This document shows positions 46,778-58,129 of a stretch of DNA of 64,000 nucleotides, in pieces (position 1 is the first letter of the stretch; each line of letters begins with the position of its first letter). The notes under the pieces were generated by a model that saw nothing but the letters and a program-made list of their open reading frames with translations, was not told the origin of the DNA and made no database searches. The DNA lies in contig BQFW01000001.1 of assembly GCA_020891255.1 (NCBI GenBank), positions 992,001 to 1,056,000 on the forward strand, in the 5' to 3' direction. This stretch comes from Entomortierella parvispora E1425. Taxonomy: Eukaryota > Fungi > Mortierellomycota. The translations under genes were made by a program, and so were the position numbers.

Positions 46778-47786
46778 TGTGGTGTAGTAGATGTGGAGTC
46801 CCGGTCCACATCCATCGGAGTAGAGATATATTTTCAGTAGCATTTATTATTTTGTTTAGTTTCAGTTTTTTTTCTATAAAGAAGGGAGCAAAATCCATTT
46901 TGCTCCTGGTTGCCTTTTTCCTTTACGATTCCTGCCAGTACACTTTTGTTGAACCCTTCAGAACACAAACATACATCCCCCCCTTCCTGCCCGATATCCC
47001 CTTTGCAGCAGCAGCAAGCTCGACGCCTTAATTCCGATTGCTGAGACTATTAGTAGCTAGTCTAAACCTCCTCCCCCCCTTACCTTTGGATATCACAGAC
47101 CTATTGCGTTCTGTTGATCGACCTTGTACACTCACAAGTTACGATCTTCCCTGTCCTCGACAAGTCCCGTCAAGAACCTCGGCCAACCCGTTCTCCGTGT
47201 CCTTGCTCACTTACGAGGTACCAACAATGTCTTGTCTCTTTTGAGTGGACTTGTACGATCTTGGCATCCCACCCTGAGGCCTTAACTGGTGCTTGGGAAC
47301 CTCCCTTATCTTCTCGTCGCCTTCCCTCGAGTCCCTCCTGAACCCTCAGTTAGGCGGCCTTGTCCCCTTTCCCTGATAGAATACTTCTAGCCTTGCTCTT
47401 ACTGATTAGATCCCTTCAATCCTCCCTTGTTGTTGTTATTAGTTAGTATAGTACCTAGTGTTCGCCTCCGTAGTTGTTTATTCTCCTGTTTGGTTACCAT
47501 TAGGACGTGCTTAGCTCATTGGTATGTCCTTATTAGTCTCCTTTCAGTTGCGTTCCTGCTTACATCGTGATCCTGTTGCTCATTCTCCTCCTCCTGTCTA
47601 TCCAGTTCATTCTCTCGAGATTGTATCTGATCATATAGCAGTGCTGTGTTTGATCCTTGTGGCACAGAGAGCAAAGTCCCTATCATATGTAAGCAGCGAG
47701 CTTTGTTCGTTATTATTCTTTTCGTTATCATTTTCACCTCCAGCCTTTGCTGACGTTAGACTATACTTACTTTAGACAACATCACA
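46778..47786 (+). repeat. Solo LTR D5, TSD ACGG
   Basis: ACGG at 46774-46777 and 47787-47790. Confidence 0.95.
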
Positions 47787-50489
47787 ACGGCAAGATGGTT
47801 CAACGCTATCTTGGCATGTTCAATTACTTCCGAGAGTTTATCCCTCTCTACTCCACCTTGGCTGCTCCACTAGACGAACTCCGATTTCGTAGAGGCTCGT
47901 TCGAGCTTTCACCACTTCAACTTGAATGCTTCACGCAGATCAAAGAGTTGATCAGCCGCGCACCAGTCCTCTCTTTCCCGGACTTCACTCAACCGTTCTA
48001 CGTTGCTACAGACGCGTCTAATCTTGGACTTGGCACTGTCCTGTACCAACTCCCCAATGGCCCTGGTGACGAATCTGTGGTTAACTACATTTCGTTCATG
48101 GCTCGCTCGTTAAAAAAACATGAGCGTAACTACCCTGCCTATAAGAAAGAGTTACTTGGTATAGTCTACGCCCTCAAGAAGTTTCATTACTACTTGTGGG
48201 GTCGCCACTTCACGCTGTACACAGACCACAAGCCTCTTACTTTCATCCAGAATCAGACTGATCTACCTACAACTATTGCCAATTGGACAGAGACAATCCT
48301 CAGCCATGACTTTGAGTGTATCTATCGTCCTGGTGTGCTCAACATCATTCCTGATGCCTTATCGAGAGCATTCCCTAAGGAACTCTGGACTCACTCCTCT
48401 GAACCGTCCTCTGAACACAGAGACAAGCGTCGCAAGACAGCTGCGGTCACCACTCGTCGTGGATTCCGCCCAACGGTCCCTGAAAATAATGATCAAACTT
48501 TATCTGTCTCGTCTGAGCAATTGGGCAATAACCTCTCTGATCCCTCAGCACCCTTCGTGCATCAGATGCAATTAGCCGAAGACGCTATGACCATCCCTAA
48601 AGAATCTGAACGATCTGATCTTCTCCAGAAGACTCATGGCGATGCTCACCTTGGAGCCAACGCCATGGTCAGCGCCCTGCATTTGCAAAAGTTGACTTGG
48701 CCAAAACTCAAAGATGCATGTCTAAACTTTATCCGAAAGTGTACGGCTTGCCAGCACTTCAACATCGGAAGAAAAGGGTACCACCCTCTCAAAGCTGTCC
48801 ACGCCACCTTCCCTGGTGAACATCTAGCTATAGATCTTGCTCAATTTCAGCAGAGTTCTAACAACCACGTCTACGCCCTAGTCGTCGTTGACGTCTGCAC
48901 CCGCTTTGTCTTCTTACGTCCCCTCAAGACGAAAGAGGATTCTGTAATCGCTAGAGAGCTCTTCACGCTCTTCAGTGATATTGGCCCTCCAAAGATCGTA
49001 CAGACAGACAACGGCTCGGAATTTTCTAATCTATTGTTGGACTCAGTTCTAACGCTTCTCCAAACGCAACATCGTTTGTCAACCCCTTACCACCCTCGCG
49101 GTAATGGCATTGCTGAACGACTTGTTCGCTCATCCAAGGAATTGCTGCGCAAAGTGCTCCACGGCAAAGTCCTTGACTGGGACTCGTACCTCCCAGCAGT
49201 TCAATTCTCTCTCAACACTAAAGTAGCGAGTCTACACAGTTCCACTCCATTTTCTCTATTCTATGGCCGCGCTTATTCAAGCGTCAGCAACTTCAAACAA
49301 ATCAAGTCTGAACTCCTCACTCCCGAAGATCTGGACGATCGTCTTGAGTATCTCACAAACATTGTCTTCCCCGCTATCTCTGAAAAGAGCAAAGCCAGCC
49401 AGAAACAAATGGTTGACAAGTTCAATCGCTCTCACCATATCACAGAGTTTCCTGTTGGATCATTTGTCATGACCAAAGACATGGAAGCCACTGGCTCTCT
49501 TGATGCACGCTACGACGGCCCTTACAAAGTTGTCGCGCGCACTTCTCATGGCACTTATACTCTGAAGGATACCACCAACACCATCCTCTCTCGCAACTTT
49601 GCACCCGAGCAATTGAAGCTCGCCCTCCGCGATGACGAAGAAGAAGACAACAACAGTTATGAACTCGAAAAGATCATTGGGCACCGTGATATTGCCCCTG
49701 GGGAGACGGTTTACATGGTTAAATGGAAGAACTACGATAGCTCACACAACCAAGAGTTGCCAGAATCCGCTTTCAACTCCAAAACAATCATTCCACGCTA
49801 CTATAGACAATTGCAAAAAACGAATCCTGAGCTCGTGCCCGCCAACAGGATGCAGCCCGAACCCAAAGCTAAAATCAAGAGCACAGGTCCCGCTGCGAAA
49901 AAGAAATCTGTCACCTTCGCACAGACAACCAAGGCCGTCACGACAAGAACAACACGCTCGACTCGACCCAGTACCAACAAATAGCTCCTGTTCGAAGAAT
50001 CCCGCTTCGAGGTTTTTGCACGCTTACGACCCTGGTCGTTTGAACGTTTTCCTCACCCTTTCCTTCGTACAGACATGGGTTTTTCTCATTTTCCCATTCG
50101 CACAACTTCAATTGAGGTTTATTATTTTGCCCTCTTCATTTTCTCTTCTGAGGTTTTCTTCTTTTTCTCCTCGCACAACCAAATTAATTCTTTTGAGTTT
50201 ACTTCTTTCTCAAAATCTGAGGTTTTTACGTCCTTTTCCTCAACGGTCATCCTCTCTCGAGCACCTCCCTGGACCTAAAAACTCGCCGGGGGCTTCTGTG
50301 CCGGATCAGGCCTCTGACCCTTAATTTTTAGTTGACGAAGATATATCAGCGCCTCCAGCGCTCTCTCATTAAAACAGATCTCTTCTTCCGTCTCGTCATT
50401 ACTCGTACCCATACTTACTCACGTTGACGGGGACCCCCTGCCCCGCACAGTAGGTACACATCGCGTGATGTCACCGTATTCCTGTTACA

Positions 50490-50782
50490 CATAGGTCGAG
50501 CTTATGATTATACTTCCCGGCGCCCTCCCTAACACAACGCAGACTAGGTCCAGGCCCGCACCTCTCTCTAGTATAAAACCCCCCTTGATTCATAGCTGTA
50601 TTCCCCAGTCTGCAATTCACAATTCCCAATAAACCATACCTTCCCTCTTTCTCTTGTTCCTGCCTTGTCCAACCGTGACAGCAATCCCCTTTCCCTTGAT
50701 CACTTGTGACCAGCCCCTCTCTCCTTGAGCTACGACCGATCCCCAACCCATTGTAGCAACACCACACCGTATTCCTGTTACA
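50490..50782. repeat. Stacked LTR right halves: H (50490-50680), C5 (50681-50766), A LTR end (50767-50782)
   Basis: Each fragment matches the corresponding complete LTR elsewhere in the window. The right flank of C5 is CCGT. Confidence 0.88.
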
Positions 50783-50973
50783 AATTGTAAAGTCACATAA
50801 AATCATATCATCCCTGTACAATAGTGGATATCCACGGGTGCTAAAGGAAATGGCGTAGGAAACGGATGAGTTATGGAGCTTGGGCATTTTTGGATTGGCA
50901 ATGGAGTCGGACTTTTGGGGTTGAGAAGGTGAACATGGAGTTGTGGACTGGCCGATGAGCTTTGGTGAGCTGG

Positions 50974-51003
50974 TGTGATGTTGCTAATGTAAGTATAGTC
51001 TAA
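50974..51003 (-). repeat. Short diverged remnant of a D-like LTR 3' end
   Basis: TGTGATGTTGCTAATGTAAGTATAGTCTAA versus D TGTGATGTTGTCTAAAGTAAGTATAGTCTAA. Confidence 0.6.
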
Positions 51004-51011
51004 GGTGTACA

Positions 51012-51223
51012 TGTGATGTTTAGCACTAGGTATGGGGTTCAGGACGCCAGTCCTGAGTCGCAGTCCTTTTTTACTTCTCCGATGTTTAAGAGTCTTCCGT
51101 GACTGGCACCCGCCGGACTATAAAAGACCTGCTGGTGCCTGTCTTTAATAAAACCCTCTCTTGTTCTCGTTGACTTCTATTGACTCTTATTGTTTGTAAG
51201 TAAGACCCCACGAGAATATCACA
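51012..51223 (+). repeat. Solo LTR K (212 bp)
   Basis: TGTGAT...ATCACA termini, TATAAAA and AATAAA. GTGTA at 51005-51009 and 51224-51228 (offset by CA on the left). Confidence 0.7.
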
Positions 51224-51224
51224 G

Positions 51225-51343
51225 TGTAGCAGTAGGACAGTAATACGGTGACCTCACGCGATCCTCGCCTATATAAGTTAGTTGCTAGCACTTGAATAAA
51301 CATCACTTCTTGTCTCCACTCTGTTCCCAGTACTCCTATTGCA
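51225..51343 (+). repeat. Diverged A-like solo LTR marking the edge of the TE cluster
   Basis: AATACGGTGACCTCACGCGAT...TCACTTCTTGTCTCCACTC...TACTCCTATTGCA matches the A LTR. Confidence 0.8.
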
Positions 51344-51770
51344 ATGACGACAGTATGAGAAGTGAACGCATCGAAAGAACGATCGTTCAGGAGACGATAA
51401 AGTCAGTATGGATGCTCTTCAAAGGTACAGAATAAAAGAAACTACCGGCAAGGCTTCTTGGCTGAACGTCGCAAACCTCTAAAGCGAGCAGAACATGTAC
51501 CTACCTCGTCATCCTCCTCTCCTCTCGTCGACCTCTTGCAGGTCTGGTTGGGTGTAGGTTCTTGTATATATATGAGTTTAAGTGTGGTTGTTGTTGGGCA
51601 GGTAATTTTCAAGATTGATCGTAGTGACTCGTTGCGAAGAAACACTTCAGCCCGATATATGTCAAACGAAATGAAACGCTGGCGATAAAATGGCGTTACT
51701 ATTGTATTCATACAATACAAAGACAGAGTTACTATATAAGAGGGTTTGTCTAAGCATGGCCAGTATCTCC

Positions 51771-54700
51771 CTATGGCCTTGGTGACAGAGCATCTACTTC
51801 CGAGGAGTTCGTGCTTCCACCGCCTGCTGGAGATAGAGCTGTGGTATCTCCATACTCCAGCTCGCTCGGCAGGTAAACAAAGGACGTGGGATCGTTTCGA
51901 GGATGCTCTGCTGGCAGGTTCACATGCATAAAGAACGTGTCATGAATCATTTGGCCACGAAACGACTCCAGAACAGCTTCCTCTGACATCAAAGTCGACC
52001 CCCCAGGCGAACTGACTACAGATGAGGACGAAATTGGGCCAGTAGGTTCTGGGGCTGATCCATGATAAAGGCCAGGGTGGGCGATCTTGTTATCCAAATT
52101 GTTCTTGCTAATAGAAGAGACCAGCTGTTGAGTTGAGTGCTGACTTGGATACATATCCAGCATATGGCGAGAAAGGGATGGCTGATTTTGAAACAAACTT
52201 GTGAGGTGTATTTGTGGAGATACAACAGTCGACGGGCCACCGGAATTCGAGGACGTGGGAGAAAGGGGTGCATTATCCAAAAGAGGCGGTGTCAAATGAG
52301 AGTTGGTCAATGACGAAATGGGTGATTTCGGTGACAGCAACGCGGTCTGGCTTCTGGGAACAGATGTTAAGAAGACGTCCTCCGCCAAGTTAGGCGCTGC
52401 GCAGAAAGCAGATTTGCTGTTATCACCCGTTGATTCAGTGTTTGAGAGTACTTTCGAAGCAGCGGTCGAAAAAAGAGCCTCGTGTCTTGGATCAAAAACG
52501 ATCGATTGAATGTCAATCATTTCCTCTCCGGCTCCAAACAGTTCGTTTCCAGATAATTGGTCGTAAGACGTCTGACACAATGCAGAGACGTCCGGTCGGG
52601 TATCCGCTATCCACGACGCATAAGCGCGCTGGTCTTGATGCATAGAATGCGCTTGTAGTTGTTGTTGAGACTGACCTGTTTGTAACAATTGCTGGTCCAC
52701 TGTGGTCGATGGAGGAGGGGTAAATGATGGTTGGCCTTGAAATAAGACCGCGCCCTGGAACGTAGGTATTGACAGGAAGGAGTTTGCTCTCTGAGTGTAA
52801 TTCTGGTTGGACTGAGGCTGTGGAGTGATATTATGACTCCCTGAAAGATACTGCTGTTGTTGATCTTGCTGTTCTTGCTGCTGCTGCTGCTGCTGCTGTT
52901 GCCGCTGCTGGATTGGCAGTGCGAATTGAGACTTTTGATGAGGTTGCTCTTGCTGCCGTTGTCGCCGCCGTTGCTCTTCATGATGTTGCTGACGCAGAAT
53001 TTGGATATGCTGCTGGTGATGTTGTTGTTGAATAATATTCGACTTCATTAGTTGGATATGGGCTTGCTGCTGCTGCAGAAGCTGTGATTGATTTAGAAGC
53101 TGATGTTGATGATTAATCTGCAGATTCTCCTGGCTTCCGTGTGTTTGGGGAAAGCTTGAAGAAGCTTGGCTCTGCAAAGGCTGATTGAGATGCGGCTGTA
53201 AATACTGTTGCTCATATTGTGCCTGTGCTTGCTGCCGTTGTGTAAATGCCCACTGTTGTTGCTGCTGTTGCAAAAGCTGTTGCTGTTGCAGCTGCCGTAT
53301 TTGGTCTTTCGCCAAAAGCTTTGCCTGCAAAAGCTGGCGGTGCTTTACTGCTGCCGCTTCCTTGGCCAAATCTAGACTTGATTTTTGTTGCGCTAAAGCG
53401 GCGCGACAAGACGCAAGCAAGTCTGCAACATCTGACTTTTTAGATCGGTTGATTCTGAAGAACTGGAGGTTCTCAACTTGCTCCACATAGTCCATCGATT
53501 TTTGCAAATCTCGCCTTGACTCCTTCGCCAGAGTTGAATCAATGGTGCATTTTGAGTTGCGTAAGTGAATCCGGATTGCAAAGTTCAAAGCATAGCGAGC
53601 TGGCGTGTTCTGCTCGAACGTCCGTGGTGCATCCTTAAGGAGAATCCCCGCAATCTTTGTGATCTCTTTCGCAGCCTGGGTGCAGTATCCTTGCGAGTCA
53701 GGGAGATTACCTTGTTGCGGCGACTGAAATGCTTCGGCACTCTTTGGATTGGGTAGATATGGGTGGTGCAGCAAAATGATAAGTGCATAGCAGAGAAGTT
53801 GCGCCCCTGCGGCAAGTGCCTTAACATCAGAAGTGATGGAACCTTTTGTTGGCACAAGGTCAAAGACCTTTGGCATTTGTTCCTGCCAAGCGACTAGGTC
53901 CTTGTCGAGCCGATCAAGATTTTCCAGCAGGACAGACTTTGAGGGAGGGGGACGCATCAAAACTAACTTTGAATTTTTGCGAATCTTGCGACAAATTTGC
54001 CACCCACGGACACAGTGCAGCATATATTGGTCAGAGTAGTTTTCCGTCTCTGGACCGAGATCGCCAGGTACTATCATGTCAACATGGATCTCTTCATCGT
54101 TAATTAGGGTCGGTTTTCCACCAATTGCGGAGGATGTTGAGTCGAAGACAAAGCAGCACCAGAATACTCGGGCTCTGTATGCACGCATGAACTTGTTCGT
54201 AGAGTCATCCATCTTTGAGTGTAATCCCATGTCTAAGGCCATGGTGATGGCTTGGCTGATGAAAGCGGACCGTTGCGCTGGAGATTTGTGGCCGATTGCA
54301 AAGAGGAGCAAGGACTGAACAGTGCAAAGGTGTGTAGTTAAGTATTTCTTCTCCAAAAGCGCTACCATCGGAACGAACAAAGGTGAGTATTAAGTCTCGC
54401 CCAGCATTGTGCATTGTTATACAAATAGCTTCCGTGCAGGTGTTACCTTGACCACGCTGGAAAAAAATCTCGCCAACTGTGCCTTCGTCACTCTTGTCCT
54501 TACGCAATGGAAGGGTGTTGGTTGAAAACATAGATCCGCAATAGTAAACCGCGTTGCAGAGTAGGAGGCAGTGCGGAATGTGAATATTCTCTTCGCACAC
54601 ACGTAGAACTTCACGCTGAACCATCGGAAGAAGTATGTAGTGATTCTAATCATGACATGGATGATGAAATTCTGCACTGTGTAAGCCTTTCGTACCGGTC

Positions 54701-55675
54701 TCGCACGGGTAGCAATATATTATACTTGCCTTATAGTATAACTCAGTAAGCTGCTGTCGGGTTGCAATATCGGGCAAGATCTGTAACTCCACGGGCACAA
54801 CTGGATCCTCTGTCGAATTTACAGAACGGATTTGGGGTCCCCAGAGATCCTCGTCGTCATAGTCATCGGCAATCGTGGCTGCGGCACTGGGGCCATAGTA
54901 CGATATGTTGCTCAGTGTAGTCTCTGAGAGCATGGCGGTCAAACCGTCCATTTCCTTGGCAGTCACCGCTTCAGATGCCATCGCCACGTCGGCACCCTGT
55001 CTAGGCATGCAAGGTCCATTGGAGATGTGCCACTAAAAATGCAAGGACGGATTAGTCGGTGATGTAGAAGGGGGCGGCCTTGGGGTCGTTATGGCGTGGT
55101 GTGCTTTGCCATGTTTGAGATGCGATTTGTGGGAGGATTGGGTTTGCACAGTCATTCATTCGATCAGCTCATGTTCCATCGTTTCGCATTCTAAAGATGA
55201 ATCAGACCCTACTCTCATCACATGCAGAGTGGACTGTTTGGTACGTCTTCCAGTCTTCCAGTTGTCAGACCTAAAAAAAAAAAAAAAAGGGAAGAGGGAG
55301 GTACCCACTCACCTCTCCAAGTCCATTTGGGTCCAGGGGCAGCAACGCCTGGCTGGGAAGACGTTGATGCTGGAGAGATGTCGGCTGTTGGTAGACAAAT
55401 CCTGGCGAGCCCGTGCCGACAGAAGCAGCAGTACTGTTGTTGAGGTGGTTGTTGATAGTGCTGCCTGAGAGAAGACTGCCATTGGAGCTGTAGGGCGAGG
55501 AAGAGGCAGAAGAGGAAGAAGTCGAGGTCGAGAGGCTCAGGGGGCGTGGGGGGACCGCCACAGTGGAAGCAGCCGAGAAGGCAGTAGTGCCAGGCTGCTT
55601 TCTCTTTACGGCCGGTTTGAATCTCTTTGCAGCCTCCTGGTTCTGATGGAATGGTTCCTCTCCAGATTCAGTCAT
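51771..55675 (-). CDS. Fungal-specific transcription factor domain (Fungal_trans) protein with a Gln-rich C-terminal region; multi-exon
   Basis: TVQSLLLFA...AITMALDMGLH...RARVFWCCFVFD...GKPTLI motif in the large exon, plus polyQ tracts. Upstream exons in 54440-55675 with a probable ATG at 55675. Exon limits approximate. Confidence 0.85.
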
Positions 55676-56647
55676 GGAGAGAGAGCGGGTTGGATCCGGA
55701 GAAAGTGACAAGAGGGTGGGGGAGAGATGCTCAACAAGCGATGGAAAAGAAGAGAAGGAACAAAAGAGGCAAGCTGAACAAACACTTTGATGCACCGTGC
55801 GCCCTCTCGATGTTTCGGACCGTGAGACACACACACCGCACATGCTGCGAGGACGGTGAGACTTTGTGTCTTTGTACCTTCCAGCTCTTCCGTCGTTCCC
55901 CCTGGGCCGGAAGAGGGAGAAGAGGAAGAAAAGCAGTGGAAGCCTGCAGTGCCCATGCACACATGTTTGTTTCTCCAAGGCAATTGCTCCGCGGAGTAAA
56001 AACAGTCAGTCAATTCCACGTTTGTTTTTGTGCAGTTGTGCCCGCTCCTGGCCAGCTATGAATGGGTATGCCTTCAACCTGTCTGCTAGATCCGCCTGAT
56101 AGTTCGAGGACAAGGTGGCGAGCCATGACGCCGCCGCTCAAATGAACTCTCCGAGGTATGGGCACTGTCCATTACCGTATCAGGGGCCAGTCTCTTTGGT
56201 TTCATCGTCCTCTTTTTTATCTCCATTCTTTGGAAACAAAGAGTATCTGGGGGCAGAGTGTGGGACCCTCCTGCCACTCTAAAAGAAGGTGGATCATGCT
56301 GTTTTTATCACTCCTCGTTCTTCTTGCTGCCACCTTGTGCTTGTCCGACAAAGAACGAAAGAAGTGCGAGTGTTCTTTACGCGACTTTACCTATTAATAT
56401 GCTGGGTTCCTAATACGTTTCCTATTCCTCCGTTTTCACCGACGTGGGTTGATTTCATGAAGTTCTTTATAACTAGACCGCTTTGGCTCTTCGTCTTCGT
56501 CTATGTATCCAATCTGTTTCCCCTTCTGCCATCTTCATTGAACGGCTCCATATTCTTCAATTATCCTACCGCAATTGCTGTTCAATATATCCTTAGATCC
56601 CATCGCCATCTTACTACTCTGGGCTCGACACTCAACGGCATCAAACC

Positions 56648-58129
56648 ATGGCATCGCCTTTGGTGTCATCTGCAGTTTTCTTCCCCCCTACGGCCTCTGC
56701 CCTCCATCAGAAGCGACGTAAGGCTAAGAAGCATGCACTCCGAGTTCCTCGACCCAAGAACTGTTTTATGCTCTATCGAACTCACGTCATGCCGATGATT
56801 ATGGTCGAGCTTGGTAACCTAAACAACCGAGTCATCTCGCAGATCGCAGCAGAACGTTGGAATGCAGAGTCCGAACCAGTCAAGGCTTGGTACCGACTAA
56901 TGGCGAAGATGGGTAAAGAGGAGCATGCCATCAACCACCCAGGATACAGATACGCACCAAACAAAAAACTACTCGACTACTCTTCCCAGGAACCATATCG
57001 AGATGATGGTGAAGATAACGAGGCGGGTGTACCATGCAGAACGATCGGATATAGTGAGCTCAAAGACATGATCAGCGATGACGATGATGACAACGATCCA
57101 ACCTATAGAAGCAGGAAATCAACCAAGAAGTACATGAGCGCACGAAAGGGGGTGCTCAACAGCAGACGCCAGAACGACTCTCGACTCTCCATCGCCTTTT
57201 CTCAAAAGCCAAATGTGCGGGGACGCCGCAAGATAGCAGGCAAGGATCTCGGACCTAGCCATGCACCCGCGGACCCCGATTTTCAATCGGTCCAGAGTCC
57301 AATTGATGCTTCAACATTACTGGGGCCACAGGCAATTGTGGAGCCAGGCGGAGGAATGTACAGCAGCACGTATTATCATGTTGGCTATGACCATGGGTCA
57401 ACACTCACATCGTTAAATCCTATTGAAGACTACCGAATCGTGGCAGACCCACAGCAACTATATCCGCTACAAGCACAGTGCTGTCGCGTGTTGCAACACC
57501 AGGCATTTCAGCAGTTGGAGTCACAGCCACCCCATCTGCATCATGATGCTCTTCTGGATAGTTGTCGCAATTTTCACATTCTTCCGGGGGGAGAGCATGA
57601 CCTACATCTTTTGCACCAGCAGCGATATCATGAAAACTGCCAAGATTGGAATCCGCCCTTCTACCTGCACTCCTCCAGACGGCACTCGTTTTATGATGTT
57701 AATCCCGAGGCAAATGCCAGTGTGGAGACACTTGTTGACCCTAGTGATCATTGGTTGACCCACCGATACTATGATTCGATGACCGAGTATCCAGGGCACT
57801 TCGACTCCGAATTGTCAGAGGAGAAGGACGTACCATCGCTGCCAATGGACATAGTCGTTGATGCAGTACATGACCCACATTCCACTCTCGCTCAGCTGAG
57901 TAGCGTCATCTACGGCGTTGGCCAAAACGAGGACAAGTCCAAGGTAGCCATGACGTCCAGTTCTCATTTTACAAGGGTTGGACAAGAGGGCCACTCGATT
58001 AAATACGACATTGACAAGGCACAACCTCCTATCGATGGGACCACTGATCAGCAATTTTTTATCCAGCCTGCGAGTCTGACATACCTGTCGTTCACTGAAG
58101 CTAGTCATTGTGAAAGTGCAACAAAATAA
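56648..58129 (+). CDS. MATA-type HMG-box transcription factor (493 aa, single exon)
   Basis: RVPRPKNCFMLYR...NRVISQIAAERWNAESEPVKAWY...EHAINHPGYRYAP at ~56741-56960. Confidence 0.9.
   Translation: MASPLVSSAVFFPPTASALHQKRRKAKKHALRVPRPKNCFMLYRTHVMPMIMVELGNLNNRVISQIAAERWNAESEPVKAWYRLMAKMGKEEHAINHPGYRYAPNKKLLDYSSQEPYRDDGEDNEAGVPCRTIGYSELKDMISDDDDDNDPTYRSRKSTKKYMSARKGVLNSRRQNDSRLSIAFSQKPNVRGRRKIAGKDLGPSHAPADPDFQSVQSPIDASTLLGPQAIVEPGGGMYSSTYYHVGYDHGSTLTSLNPIEDYRIVADPQQLYPLQAQCCRVLQHQAFQQLESQPPHLHHDALLDSCRNFHILPGGEHDLHLLHQQRYHENCQDWNPPFYLHSSRRHSFYDVNPEANASVETLVDPSDHWLTHRYYDSMTEYPGHFDSELSEEKDVPSLPMDIVVDAVHDPHSTLAQLSSVIYGVGQNEDKSKVAMTSSSHFTRVGQEGHSIKYDIDKAQPPIDGTTDQQFFIQPASLTYLSFTEASHCESATK

Larger units (their letters stand above)
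43024..49984 (+). pseudogene. Single gag-pol ORF of I (~1,811 aa reconstructed), interrupted by C4, D5 and one 1-nt shift near 43830
   Basis: Removing C4+TSD (513 nt) and D5+TSD (1013 nt) leaves 5,435 nt. Frames join (FKA/LPQE and PPT/DGKMVQ). Confidence 0.88.
42797..50449 (+). mobile_element. Full-length chromovirus I (153-bp LTRs 42797-42949 and 50297-50449), TSD GTAGG, inserted in the 5' LTR of A3
   Basis: Apparently identical LTRs TGTGCCGG...CCGCACA. GTAGG on both sides. PR LLDTGCT, RT YVDD, RH, INT and a chromodomain-like C-terminus. Confidence 0.95.
30126..50489 (-). mobile_element. Family A copy A3, host of the main nest (3' ~0.74 kb missing). Own pieces: 30126-31172, 31680-33269, 33480-34193, 34701-34739, 36810-37116, 42182-42796, 50450-50489
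   Basis: The pieces are collinear with A4 and each interruption has a matching TSD (GCGG, GTGAT, GCGG, TA, TACGG, GTAGG). Confidence 0.9.

Noticed and set aside
50783-50973. Unassigned 190 bp at the cluster edge
   Set aside because: No match to any element in the window and no convincing ORF; cannot be called.
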